Shown: positions 19,101-27,576 of the stretch, in pieces | Layout of the letters: the number at the start of each line of letters is the position of its first letter | How positions within the stretch are numbered: position 1 is the stretch's first letter | Virus record (IMG/VR): IMGVR_UViG_3300048882_000813 | Span: 1 to 32,568 of that record | Reading direction: 5' to 3' (one strand) | Length of the DNA: 32,568 nt | DNA from: a virus | Lineage: Duplodnaviria; Caudoviricetes | The notes under the pieces: model-generated | The model's input: the letters and a program-made list of their open reading frames with translations, nothing else | Database searches by the model: none | Told to the model about the DNA's origin: nothing | Translations under genes and position numbers: made by a program

Positions 19101-21470
19101 GGGGCCATCTCCCATGTCATGATGGGTCTCCACTTCTATAAGCCATCGGCCCCAGACGATAATAAGCGCATCCTATATCTCTCTGGGAATGGTGCAAAGA
19201 TTGCGAACAGCGACATAGAGGTAACCCTTGCCGAGGCTGCGGGTGTCGTTACGGGGCAGGCCACTGACTATGCTCGCCCCGGCTGGGTGGAGGTGCTGTT
19301 CGGGCGCAGGGAAAGCGGGAAAGTCTTTATTGCGGCAAGGCCCTGGAAGCGCGGAGAAGACCCAGATTTTCTCAATGACTACATCGTTCCCGAGAGCCTA
19401 GACCACACGCTCGTCTCACAGGCGGGCATCGACTTTCCGGGGTCGCCTGGTCGCACGGAAGAGTACATTGAGTTTGGCTCAATTCGGGACGCGGCTTCTG
19501 ACAGGAACTGTCTCTGGAAGTCTGTACAGTTCAGCAGGTCGTTTCTTGACCAGGCAGAGTGTTCTGTCGATGTCTATGCAGGTGAGGCTTCTGGCTTTCC
19601 GCTCGGTGGCGATGAGGGCGCGGCCGTCTCTGAGGAAGGCCTCGCCACGGTGCAAGAGCCCGCAATGGGAATGTTCCAGGTCAACGACGCGGGATGTCTG
19701 TCCCCAATGAGGCCGTCGCTTGCTGGAGATAGCCCTCACCAGTTTGTCGATAGAGGGGTTGAGCTGGCATTTCGCGGTCGAGCTACGTCGAACCAAACGT
19801 TTCAATACGAGGGGAAGAGCAGGTTTGCAGCGGCGAGCATCTTTCAGCTCCCAACCTCTTACGGATGGCGTGGCTCAGACACGCTGATTGCGGCAGAGGT
19901 GGAAACGACGGGGACGCCTGCACATAACATCGTCCGCTACCACACCCCTGACACAGACATAGTGTTCGATTTTGGCGGGGCCGCTGACGAGGGTGTCTCC
20001 ATTAATGCGTTGGCGATGTTCGGTGTTACCTCTCCAGCGGTATGCGTACAGTTTACAAATCTAACGGACGGAGACGGGAACCCGAACTTTGCGGACTATC
20101 CTGATGAGTCTTCTCACTATGACGACATAAACTTCTTCATTGCGCCGCCGCCAGACGGGTACATGGAGATTGGGGCCTGGGCACAGGCCACGGAACTCCC
20201 CGCCAGCGCAAACAGTGGGTGCATGTTCCTCTCCCGGTACCTCTACTACTCGCAGTATTACAAACTGGGGGTCGGCAATATCGTTCAGCCCCTGGACGAC
20301 CCTCAGATCAGGTTCGTAATTAGGGACAATGGGTATGTGTATTGGGGGCCAGAGCAGTATAGCAGCGCAGGCGTGGAAGCGCCGTTCACTCCACATCAGC
20401 TTCGGTCTCGGCCAGGAGAGAACTTCTACCTTGTCTTCTATAACCGAGAGAGAGATCAAGGCGGCGCTATCTGGACGGGAGAAACGGGGCATTTCGCAAC
20501 CGGTCACGGAGCGAAGGACAGGCATGTTCTCAAGATAGAGGACAACGGGCCAAACTGGGTTAAGGTTGCTTCTGGCGACTTGACGATGTTCACCACGGAC
20601 TTCAGCGGTGGTGCTGATCTTGACCTGGTCAGGGTCGGCGCGGCTGCGATTATGAGCGATAGGTTTGCCTTTAATCTCCCTAGCGGGAATGAGGGCTCTG
20701 GTGCCGCAGTCTACGAGTGGGATAAGAAGTACAGGTTCATGCGAATACGGATTGGGGGCTGTGAGTATCATGATGCCGCAGAGAGGTACCATGCCGTCTC
20801 CTATATGACCCTTGGAAGAAGGATCGATCTAAGCAATCGAGACTTCGACTGGGGGTGGACCATTGGGCTGGGAGCGGGGAACTCGCTCATTACATCCACC
20901 ACCGGCCAGCGTAGGCGCAGGAAGAACCATCGGCCACGGCAGAAGTGGAAGGTATCCTACACGCCAAAACCAGAGATGGAGATTAGGAACCAGTCTGGCT
21001 TTATCGCAGAGTCACAGTTTCAGTTGGCAAACGGCGATGTGATTAACATTGAGAACCCAGTGGCCGGATACGGCGCGAACAATCTGCGGAACTCGGATGC
21101 GGGGAACAGCCAGTTTACTCTTCGGAGCAAGACGACCTGGACGGAGATTGTTGACAGGGTGACCAGGATCGGAATCGGCGGGGAGGTCTTCTCCCTCGGA
21201 TTCGACGGGTACAACATGACGAACTTCAGCGGGCTGATGGCCCTCAACGCATTTTACTTTACATCCGCGAGCGGGGTTCTGAGAACCCACGCCGTCCTAT
21301 CTGACCCAAAGAAGTTAGTGGCTGCGCGCTGTACGGGGTATGGTGGCGGTCGCCATGAGGGCTACCAAATTCAGGAGAGGGTCTGGGATAAATTTAACGC
21401 CAGCGGGCCCCTCAATGAGACCTCGTCCATTGTTAAGATTGAGAATATTGAGTTCGAGGAAGAGCTGTAG
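16110..21470 (+). CDS. Large tail-tip/baseplate protein (1786 aa) with an Asp-box and a Dit-like C-terminus
   Basis: Directly after the TMP; acidic, aromatic, beta-rich; Asp-box SDDRGKTW (17373-17396); C-terminal YRFMRIRI..MTLGRRIDL..WGW..TTGQRRRRK..WKVSY..IEFEEEL resembles distal-tail proteins. Confidence 0.7.
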   Translation: MAVIKSTQPRRYIVVQDPNVEGAVVVGSPVCSETVVDVESANVTDVIQAEQADAYEEGGLYAEAAIKQGDTTPLGVVTLKNGDVLFTGNDTRQGDVNVTAAGAPEPTYAASNGLFLPAPPAPHALELPPYMPSVRRNDKIKGDGIISTAGSGDEARYTFRKEGQTQWQYRATPNYYGKVPEVLARDVGTEMLGRSYFRPGFCSLKNGNLLSFYINGTSPPYQWFQTSMTTQDAAEGEGHAGDPLYSGPTPVENRNTQASLHLLVKGEMFWSNGRIQTIPGPPVADGSNLGADYYQLTSHDVVQFDDTEEVLYLSAGFLGKMKDNDLYANAFFGVDALRTELDSYDSFYSGGDTTAGVTNDLQSTPRSYNRFKQGNTADTNKPGDISGVTISTIPLDITSQVLPTGRLVCVMATQTQLLSMVSDDRGKTWRGNQVLDLTFGDLDTETLESTTMRQRYASVSSCLDRNGQMVVLLVCNGTGSRAKTDDWNSGTETNRPQSVISLFVTGDGEMFGSEKRLGVGEFTANWDTSTFSAENVIDESVFALSGAVCMTPVGFIHVQVTSLKMGSPCGTHVQWVVTRTLSMRDVASGASGQEVARSIPDVIQQSASPLNSRTHRFVPGLVQYGAENSASAGFPRMVAIFQDAFGYPPLLAVAPAVAGPVLDFGANTQGPNGWIGAVEQCRTGGFGAAGSISSRQNFGGGPIWSNGPIDIEAVLWRGQIVTSLCFKFEDRPMDWPGAYAMSVGSGLPWENAEWPSGEQTYERSVMVVQSGFHQPANVHIPTQLAIGAPLLQIESPSANRVDATQAVTLNAPEAPDREWYRGQMLGNEFGANVWNLSWFAAASPDQQGWWLKSDVAAPSAGYPRYVDSETLRTGDDYKRRYVGGAWQTLADIFIGSNYSYCTFPGGFRSYDSGPAEITRFSGRDIFPNSRGWMLKTLADTTDGTEQDIYPYYTDPNKESLSFVCRAVVLIDYGADYLPVSDTNWDPNMGIKIGLIDEGAISHVMMGLHFYKPSAPDDNKRILYLSGNGAKIANSDIEVTLAEAAGVVTGQATDYARPGWVEVLFGRRESGKVFIAARPWKRGEDPDFLNDYIVPESLDHTLVSQAGIDFPGSPGRTEEYIEFGSIRDAASDRNCLWKSVQFSRSFLDQAECSVDVYAGEASGFPLGGDEGAAVSEEGLATVQEPAMGMFQVNDAGCLSPMRPSLAGDSPHQFVDRGVELAFRGRATSNQTFQYEGKSRFAAASIFQLPTSYGWRGSDTLIAAEVETTGTPAHNIVRYHTPDTDIVFDFGGAADEGVSINALAMFGVTSPAVCVQFTNLTDGDGNPNFADYPDESSHYDDINFFIAPPPDGYMEIGAWAQATELPASANSGCMFLSRYLYYSQYYKLGVGNIVQPLDDPQIRFVIRDNGYVYWGPEQYSSAGVEAPFTPHQLRSRPGENFYLVFYNRERDQGGAIWTGETGHFATGHGAKDRHVLKIEDNGPNWVKVASGDLTMFTTDFSGGADLDLVRVGAAAIMSDRFAFNLPSGNEGSGAAVYEWDKKYRFMRIRIGGCEYHDAAERYHAVSYMTLGRRIDLSNRDFDWGWTIGLGAGNSLITSTTGQRRRRKNHRPRQKWKVSYTPKPEMEIRNQSGFIAESQFQLANGDVINIENPVAGYGANNLRNSDAGNSQFTLRSKTTWTEIVDRVTRIGIGGEVFSLGFDGYNMTNFSGLMALNAFYFTSASGVLRTHAVLSDPKKLVAARCTGYGGGRHEGYQIQERVWDKFNASGPLNETSSIVKIENIEFEEEL

Positions 21471-21493
21471 AGATTTGAATCGCGCCAGTGGGT

Positions 21494-21522
21494 AGGCAGC
21501 GCAAAAGCTGCCTGATAAGATT
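21494..21522 (+). promoter_or_regulatory. Hairpin AGGCAGC/GCTGCCT followed by the motif TGATAAGATT
   Basis: 7-bp inverted repeat at 21494-21513, then TGn-TAAGAT at 21513-21522, upstream of SD GGAGGT and the ATG at 21542. Confidence 0.5.
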
Positions 21523-21541
21523 CCTGTGACGGAGGTAGATT

Positions 21542-21976
21542 ATGCCATTACCAAGCCTGGCCGTGCTTTGGCGGGGCCATTCCCCAGTAACCGATGAACC
21601 GTCTGCCTATCGTATCTTACGTGTGGTGAGCGGAGCTTCAGGCGCTTGGGAAGAGTTCGACCTTCGCACCGTAGCCTATGCCGGGGCGGCTGACGCCCTC
21701 GCTCAGGACCCTAATGGTGTGGCACGCGGTATTCTCAGAATGGTTGCGGTGCTCAACATGAGCGCGACCGCTGGAGAAGACGTCAGGGTCTCTTTGGCTG
21801 TCACCGGAGGGGCCCCTGATCCAGTCAACGCTTACAATGTGGCAATGATTAACGGCCCCTCAGTTGAGCTGAGGGTGCCAGGGCGACAGGGCATAACCAA
21901 GTTCTGGATGAAGGCTGACGCGGGCACCCCCTCTGTCCAGCTTGAGATCTGGTATGACGTACCACCGGCAGCGTGA
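21542..21976 (+). CDS. Putative virion structural protein (small beta-sandwich; decoration/spike base?)
   Basis: Strong SD GGAGGT; alternating beta-strands (MVAVLN, DVRVSL, SVELRV, KFWMKA, SVQLEIW); first gene of the fibre cluster. Confidence 0.55.
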   Translation: MPLPSLAVLWRGHSPVTDEPSAYRILRVVSGASGAWEEFDLRTVAYAGAADALAQDPNGVARGILRMVAVLNMSATAGEDVRVSLAVTGGAPDPVNAYNVAMINGPSVELRVPGRQGITKFWMKADAGTPSVQLEIWYDVPPAA

Positions 21977-21984
21977 GGTGACTA

Positions 21985-22335
21985 ATGTTTAGGGGATCGT
22001 TTCGAGCTACAAGCGGAGGCGGCGGCGGAGGCGGCTCTACCATCACCTGGCAGTCGATCTCCTCGGGAAGCCAGCAACCCTTTCCCATGTCTTCGACAAA
22101 TACCGGGGTCAAGGTCGACGTGACTGCTGGCGCGGTAGCTGTTTTGCTACCAGCGGCTGCCGGGGTGGCCGGAGAAATCTTCACGGTCAAACATGCGGCG
22201 GGAACTATTGCCACGAATTCAATTACTGTAACTTCATCCGGGGGCACCATCGACGGTGGTGCATCGATTATAATGCTCCAAACTCTATCAACCACTCGTG
22301 TGTCAAGCGATGGCACCAACTGGCTCGTAATCTAA
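21985..22335 (+). CDS. Small virion protein: Gly-linker plus T4 gp9/gp10-like trimeric domain
   Basis: SD GAGGTG; GGGGGGGS linker, then VDVTAGAVAVLLPAA..GEIFTVKH..TNSITV..TIDG..SDGTNW; paralogous to the C-terminus of the next gene. Confidence 0.65.
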   Translation: MFRGSFRATSGGGGGGGSTITWQSISSGSQQPFPMSSTNTGVKVDVTAGAVAVLLPAAAGVAGEIFTVKHAAGTIATNSITVTSSGGTIDGGASIIMLQTLSTTRVSSDGTNWLVI

Positions 22336-22347
22336 AGGGAACTTACC

Positions 22348-24528
22348 ATGGCTTTTAATCTATTTATCAACACCGTTGACACCAAGGGTAAGCTCCAATC
22401 GAGTGTTGCCCCATCGGCCGCAAACGATCTGGCGAACAAGGCGTATGTCGACGCAAACGCCGGGTCTGGAGACTGGATTGATTCGGTAATATCGCAGCTT
22501 GCGGCGGCAGTGGCCACTCCTGCGGCCAACGCGAGATACCTCGTCCAGGCCGCCCCGAGCGGAACAGCGATCACCAATGCCTGGTTCAACTCCGCCAACA
22601 AGGTAGCGCAATTCAACGGGGGCTCAAACGCTGGCACGGATGCCAGCGCATGGGACTTCACAACCCCAACAGAGGGTACACACGTATTCATTGAGACCGA
22701 TGGCGGGGGCTCCGGCACGAACGCTGACACCCAGGTTGTCTACAACGGGACAGCCTGGGTTGTTGGCGGCAGTCTCGCTGGCGCTCTTGTTGTAAGCCAG
22801 GAACTGGCCGAGTTCACGACTGTCACCCAAAAGTCCAACGCCCGTACCAACCTTGGTCTCGGTACCGTTGCCACGGAAAGCACGGTGCCGGTTCTAAAGG
22901 GCGGAACCGGCGCAACAACGGCTGCCGGCGCACGAACAAACATTGGGGCGGCCTCATCTGGGGCCAACACTGACATCACCTCAATTACAGGCTTGACGAC
23001 AGACCTTGCCATCGCCCAAGGCGGTACTGGGGCGGACACAAAGCCCGCCGCATTCGACGCCCTTTCGCCAATGAGCGCCGCCGCAGACATCATTGTTGGG
23101 GGCGCGTCTGGATCAGGGGGAAGGCTTGCAGCCGGGACGGTGGGCCAGGTCCTCACGGTTGCCACAGGGGCCGCAACCCTGGAGTGGGCCGCTGCAGGCG
23201 GCGCGGGCACCGTAACCAGCGTAGGGTTCAAGGACGACGACGGGGACACATATTCCGTCACGACCAGCGGGAACGTGACAATCCAGGGCGCAACCGATTC
23301 AAATATCACCTCTGACATCAACACGGCGACGGGTGTCTTGTCGCTTGACATGTCGAAATCGACGGCCGCCTTGTCCGGCGCTACCTCTACAATTGGTAGG
23401 GCGGGGTTTTCGAGCGCCGACTTCGGCGTTACAGCTGGCTTTGTCACAATCAAGGCTGCTGGCGTTGACCTCACCGCCCAGGTAACCGGAACCCTGCCAG
23501 CAGGGAACGGTGGCACCGGGCTCACCAGCATCGCAACACTGCTCAACTCGGCCGTTACGGCAGGCACGCTCGGGCTGGGAACCACAGACAGCCCACAGTT
23601 TTTGGCGGTCAACGTTGGGCACGCCTCGGACACCACCATCACGCGGTCCACCGCAGGCAATATAGCTGTCGAAGGCAACCTCGTTTACCGTGCAGCCGGA
23701 ACAGATGTCCCAGTGACAGACGGTGGAACCGGGGCAAGCACCGCTGCCGCCGCAAGAACAAATCTCGGCCTTGGCACCATGGCAACGCAGGCCGCAGCGG
23801 CCGTTGCAATCACTGGCGGGGCCGTCACCGGCATTACCGACCTGACGATTGCCGATGGCGGTACCGGGAAGAGCACCGCACTCCTCGCCTTTGACGCCTT
23901 GTCGCCAACGAGTACACGCGGCGACATCATATATAATAATGGAACGAACAATGCGCGCCTCGCGATTGGTACAGACGGCCAGTTCCTCAAGGCCTCTTTT
24001 AGTGGCGGAAACACCGACCCGGTCTACGCATCGATTACCGCCAGCGATCTTTCGAGTGCGATTGCAACGGCATCGGGACAGGGCGACAAGCTCGTTCAGA
24101 CTGATGCTGGAAGCGCACCAGGCACCAATGAACTTCTGGTCCTGTCATCTTCTGGTAGGCTTAAAGCTGCAACGACAATCAAGAAGACCTTGGAGGTGTC
24201 TCAGCCGACTGGGGCCACAGGGACAACCAAGAACCTGAGCCTCTCGTCTGGGCTTGAGTCCAATCAGATTCAGGTTTTGGACACGGCCACCAACAGCTGT
24301 ACTGCCGTAAGCACGTTCAACCTGCCCGCAGCAACCTTGGCACTTAAGGGCAGCAGTTTCACCTTCAAGGTGCTGGGCGGAATGGCAGCCTCGAATCAGA
24401 TGAACATCACGCCCAGCGGGACGGAGACCATTGATGGAGAGGGCGCAGGCGTAGCCGTACCGTTGAGCCAGGATTACCAGTCAGTTACCTGTACGATTCT
24501 GGCCGCTGGCAAATGGATCATGAGCTAA
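22348..24528 (+). CDS. Fibre protein (726 aa): ANKAYVD neck, DUF2793-like domain, GGTG repeats, gp10-like C-terminal domain
   Basis: Very A/G/T/S-rich; ARYLV..AW..AQF..AWDFTTPTEG..VFIE..YNGTAW (DUF2793-like); repeats GGTGAxTAAxARTNxG and AFDALSP; C-terminal NLPAA..FTFKV..NITPSGTETIDG..AGKW. Confidence 0.85.
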   Translation: MAFNLFINTVDTKGKLQSSVAPSAANDLANKAYVDANAGSGDWIDSVISQLAAAVATPAANARYLVQAAPSGTAITNAWFNSANKVAQFNGGSNAGTDASAWDFTTPTEGTHVFIETDGGGSGTNADTQVVYNGTAWVVGGSLAGALVVSQELAEFTTVTQKSNARTNLGLGTVATESTVPVLKGGTGATTAAGARTNIGAASSGANTDITSITGLTTDLAIAQGGTGADTKPAAFDALSPMSAAADIIVGGASGSGGRLAAGTVGQVLTVATGAATLEWAAAGGAGTVTSVGFKDDDGDTYSVTTSGNVTIQGATDSNITSDINTATGVLSLDMSKSTAALSGATSTIGRAGFSSADFGVTAGFVTIKAAGVDLTAQVTGTLPAGNGGTGLTSIATLLNSAVTAGTLGLGTTDSPQFLAVNVGHASDTTITRSTAGNIAVEGNLVYRAAGTDVPVTDGGTGASTAAAARTNLGLGTMATQAAAAVAITGGAVTGITDLTIADGGTGKSTALLAFDALSPTSTRGDIIYNNGTNNARLAIGTDGQFLKASFSGGNTDPVYASITASDLSSAIATASGQGDKLVQTDAGSAPGTNELLVLSSSGRLKAATTIKKTLEVSQPTGATGTTKNLSLSSGLESNQIQVLDTATNSCTAVSTFNLPAATLALKGSSFTFKVLGGMAASNQMNITPSGTETIDGEGAGVAVPLSQDYQSVTCTILAAGKWIMS

Positions 24529-24552
24529 CAAAGCGTAGAAGAGAGGCGATGC

Positions 24553-25653
24553 GTGTCCTACAACCTATTCCTATCCCAAATCACTCCACCATCGGTGGAG
24601 ACCTCTGCGCTGAGCGTGCAGGGTGAGATTAGCTACGACAGCACTGTCTGGGGTAGCACGGCAGGGATGTGGGGCACGCCTCTCACTCGCCTAGCGGAGT
24701 TCAACGACGCGCTATACCGTGCCGATACTAGGTACGCCCCCAACGCGAACGTCTCCCCAACCAATTGCCCAGACAGTATCAACTTGTCTGCGGCAATGTT
24801 TGACGGGGACTTTGACACGTCGGTCGTCGTCCCAGACGGGGCAACCACCGAATACATCGTTGATAACTACGGGACGACGGGCTCAGGCGCTGGCATCTAC
24901 AATGGGTACATATATCCACAGGGCTCCATGTTCGTCATCTTCTATCATGACGACCACCTCGGGGCGACAGTCAGTGTCGATGTGACATATGGGGTGACCG
25001 TAAACTGGGTCGCCCTCGGGGCCCCTGTGGACGTCTCCCGGAACGCCCTCTACAAGGTCTACAAGATAGAGGTGCCGTCCACGAATTATGTGAGGAGGAT
25101 GCGGCTGAACATAACTGTGGCCCCCGGCTCAAATCCGGTCAAGCTCGCAGGCTGGTCGTACTTCATGGAGCGCTTCTATTTCGGTGACATAGAGCCCCCG
25201 TATGCCAGCAAGTATGTCGACAGGAACAGTCTGCATGGCCAAGTCGTGCTCCCAGACGGGGTGAACGACGACGCCGCACTTGGTTTTCAGGCCACACTCT
25301 ACTCTCAGGCGGGAACCCACACCTTTGGGAGGGGCAAGTTTGGGGCCGGCATCTCCTATGCGTCGGCAGCAAGCCAGCAGAGGCTGATGCTCGTCTCTGG
25401 CGCAGCAGAGGCTTTGACGGTTACTGGGACAGGCCATGCGAACGGGGCCGGGAAGGTGGGGATTAACGAGACTTCGCCAGCAGCAACCCTAGACATCGGT
25501 GGCACTTTGGCACTATCACAGGTTGCAACGCCTGCAGACCCTGCCTCTGGCAAGGTCGTGATGTGGATGGATTCTGTCACCGGAGACCTCATGATCAAGA
25601 TCAACTTTGGAGGGCAGGTCAAGACTTTCACTCTGGCAGACTACTCGGCATAA
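24553..25653 (+). CDS. Putative receptor-binding/fibre protein (366 aa)
   Basis: GTG start after GAGG; aromatic-rich CBM-like region (AAMFDGDFDT..YVRRMRLNI); GKVGINETSPAATLDIGG fibre motif; N-terminal MSYNLF shared with neighbours. Confidence 0.7.
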   Translation: MSYNLFLSQITPPSVETSALSVQGEISYDSTVWGSTAGMWGTPLTRLAEFNDALYRADTRYAPNANVSPTNCPDSINLSAAMFDGDFDTSVVVPDGATTEYIVDNYGTTGSGAGIYNGYIYPQGSMFVIFYHDDHLGATVSVDVTYGVTVNWVALGAPVDVSRNALYKVYKIEVPSTNYVRRMRLNITVAPGSNPVKLAGWSYFMERFYFGDIEPPYASKYVDRNSLHGQVVLPDGVNDDAALGFQATLYSQAGTHTFGRGKFGAGISYASAASQQRLMLVSGAAEALTVTGTGHANGAGKVGINETSPAATLDIGGTLALSQVATPADPASGKVVMWMDSVTGDLMIKINFGGQVKTFTLADYSA

Positions 25654-25675
25654 TTGCAGGAAACGGGACGGTGTA

Positions 25676-26275
25676 ATGGCTCTTAATCTATTCCCAAATG
25701 ACATTGATACTAAGGGGAAGCTGAAGAACTCCACTACGCCCACGTCTGACAATGATATTGCCAACAAGGCGTATGTTGATGCACAAAGCGGTGGCGGTGG
25801 TGGCTCAACCCTGACGTTTACCACCACGGCCGAATACACCATCGACTTCACGGACATAGACGCCGCCTCTGGTTCGCTCACCATGGATGCGGCCCAGCAA
25901 CTCCCAGCAAACTCACGTCTCGTGAGGATTATTTGGGAGGTGGTTACTGGGTTTTCGTATGATTCGTCCGGATACACGAGCTACATCAGCAGCCCTGGGC
26001 TCATCGAGGTTGACGGCAAGGCGTACATCCCTAGAGGGGTGTTCACTTACGTATCGTATGATACCACATACCTCCAATATTCAGGAACGAACATCTTCTC
26101 GCTCTATGGTGCCGAGACAACGCTTAATCAAACTGCTCCCATGGTGAAAATCGGCTCGTCTGCGGCCACGCCTATACTCAAGTGGTATGGCTGGAGCAAT
26201 TACTACGGCGCGGGAAGCTACCCAGCCGATGCTGGGTCAGTCAAGGTCAGCTTTGAATACCTGGTGATATCATGA
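25676..26275 (+). CDS. Short fibre/spike protein (199 aa)
   Basis: ATG at 25676 gives MALNLFPNDIDTKGKL..NDIANKAYVDAQSGGGGG, a paralog of the N-terminus of 22348; C-terminal Tyr-rich beta-sandwich. Confidence 0.75.
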   Translation: MALNLFPNDIDTKGKLKNSTTPTSDNDIANKAYVDAQSGGGGGSTLTFTTTAEYTIDFTDIDAASGSLTMDAAQQLPANSRLVRIIWEVVTGFSYDSSGYTSYISSPGLIEVDGKAYIPRGVFTYVSYDTTYLQYSGTNIFSLYGAETTLNQTAPMVKIGSSAATPILKWYGWSNYYGAGSYPADAGSVKVSFEYLVIS

Positions 26276-26442
26276 TTACAGGACTGTATTACCTGAGCCT
26301 TCATGTCAGCTTCCCGGCAATCCTAATACGCAGGCTGGACGACGAGGTGTTGATCGTATACTTCAACGAGGTTGAAGGCGTCCGGCGCACATGCGCCACC
26401 TCAGACACCCCCGCCGCGAACACGTTTGTCGAAGACACATGA
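26272..26442 (+). CDS. Small hypothetical protein (56 aa); not in the ORF track
   Basis: ATGA overlap with the previous stop; its TGA abuts the next ATG (26443), so it fills the gap exactly: MITGLYYLSLHVSFPAILIRRLDDEVLIVYFNEVEGVRRTCATSDTPAANTFVEDT. Confidence 0.6.
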   Translation: MITGLYYLSLHVSFPAILIRRLDDEVLIVYFNEVEGVRRTCATSDTPAANTFVEDT

Positions 26443-26745
26443 ATGGACACCCTTATCCCCCAGCTGCTGGACTTCGGGGCCCTCGGAATGTTCGCGGGCT
26501 TCCTCATCTGGCTGAACGCCAGAAGCCAGAAGCGTCTCGATGAGATGGTTGACCAGTTCCAGAAGACGCTCAAAGAGCAAGAGGCGGCACATGGCGAGGC
26601 GGAGGAGATAATCCGCAGCCGCTACGACACCATCATTGGCCAGTACAATACAGAGAGGGCCACAATCTACCAGGACCTAGTCCAAACACTGGCAGAAGTG
26701 AAGGGCCGGGTCGACGACCTTCACTCTCGCGGGGACGGAGGATAG
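26443..26745 (+). CDS. Single-TM plus coiled-coil membrane protein, BhlA/UviB holin-like
   Basis: LLDFGALGMFAGFLIWL transmembrane helix followed by an amphipathic coiled coil ending LAEVKGRVDDL. Confidence 0.55.
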   Translation: MDTLIPQLLDFGALGMFAGFLIWLNARSQKRLDEMVDQFQKTLKEQEAAHGEAEEIIRSRYDTIIGQYNTERATIYQDLVQTLAEVKGRVDDLHSRGDGG

Positions 26746-26747
26746 GG

Positions 26748-27323
26748 ATGCCAATCGAAGTCTGCGAGATAGATGGTCGGCCAGGATTTCGATGGGGCCA
26801 GTCTGGTAAGTGCTACATCTACACTGCACACGACGAAGATTCGCGTATGGTCGCATACTCACAGGCCGCGAGGCAGGGAGTGGCGGCTAGAATGTCAGGA
26901 TATGAGGAGCCACAAATGAACAGCAGCGACACAACTCCGAGCCGTGAGGCGGTGGAGGACCCAACCATTGAGCAGAGGCGCGATTTACCAGCCCCTGCAT
27001 TTGAGCCCGTCGCGTACTTCGAGGACGACGTATTCCTGCGCTCTCGCAGCAAGCTGCCTCACCACGTCAACACGGTGAAAGATGCTGACGAGAATGCCTC
27101 CGTAGATGTTCCACGGTTGAGGAACGCTCTTGCCCGATTCAACCAAACCGACTTCTCCGGGTTCCCCGATGGAACCAAGCAGAGATCCCGTGTGCACCTT
27201 GAGAGACACGCAGACGCGATTCTCTACAAGTCGGATGAAGGGGGATGCCAGAACTGCAACCGAGAGGAGATTGACGGGCTTCGTCTTGCCCTTAACTCCC
27301 TGAGAGCATCTGGAACACGATAG
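26748..27323 (+). CDS. Two-domain hypothetical protein, probably head-associated
   Basis: N-terminal MP..C..DG.PG..WG.SGKCY.Y module; C-terminal LPAPAF..KLPHH..VD..LRNALARFNQ..HLERH module of the kind seen near phage capsid-maturation genes. Confidence 0.65.
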   Translation: MPIEVCEIDGRPGFRWGQSGKCYIYTAHDEDSRMVAYSQAARQGVAARMSGYEEPQMNSSDTTPSREAVEDPTIEQRRDLPAPAFEPVAYFEDDVFLRSRSKLPHHVNTVKDADENASVDVPRLRNALARFNQTDFSGFPDGTKQRSRVHLERHADAILYKSDEGGCQNCNREEIDGLRLALNSLRASGTR

Positions 27324-27324
27324 C

Positions 27325-27576
27325 GTGAAGCCCGCCACTCCCACGAGCCTTCACGGGCTCCCTCTTAGTACGGCCCAAAGGGAAAGACTTGCCTCAATCA
27401 TCAGTGACATTAGTGCGGTCAATCCAGGACGAAGCGCTGAAGCAAACCTCGAACAGTCCGTTAAGGCATTCGCCATAACTGTCCGACGAGCCAACGGAAT
27501 GTGGGTAGATCTGCCGCACTTTAGGATTGGCAACGGCCTGGGCCCTGTTGTTATACCCTCCTGGTCGAGCCAGTAG
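27325..27576 (+). CDS. Hypothetical protein (83 aa)
   Basis: GTG start 1 nt after the previous stop; fills the gap; no family recognised. Confidence 0.5.
   Translation: MKPATPTSLHGLPLSTAQRERLASIISDISAVNPGRSAEANLEQSVKAFAITVRRANGMWVDLPHFRIGNGLGPVVIPSWSSQ

Noticed and set aside
22332-24014. Long minus-strand ORFs (132, 312 and 109 aa) in the fibre gene
   Set aside because: Antisense mirror of Ala/Gly/Thr codons.
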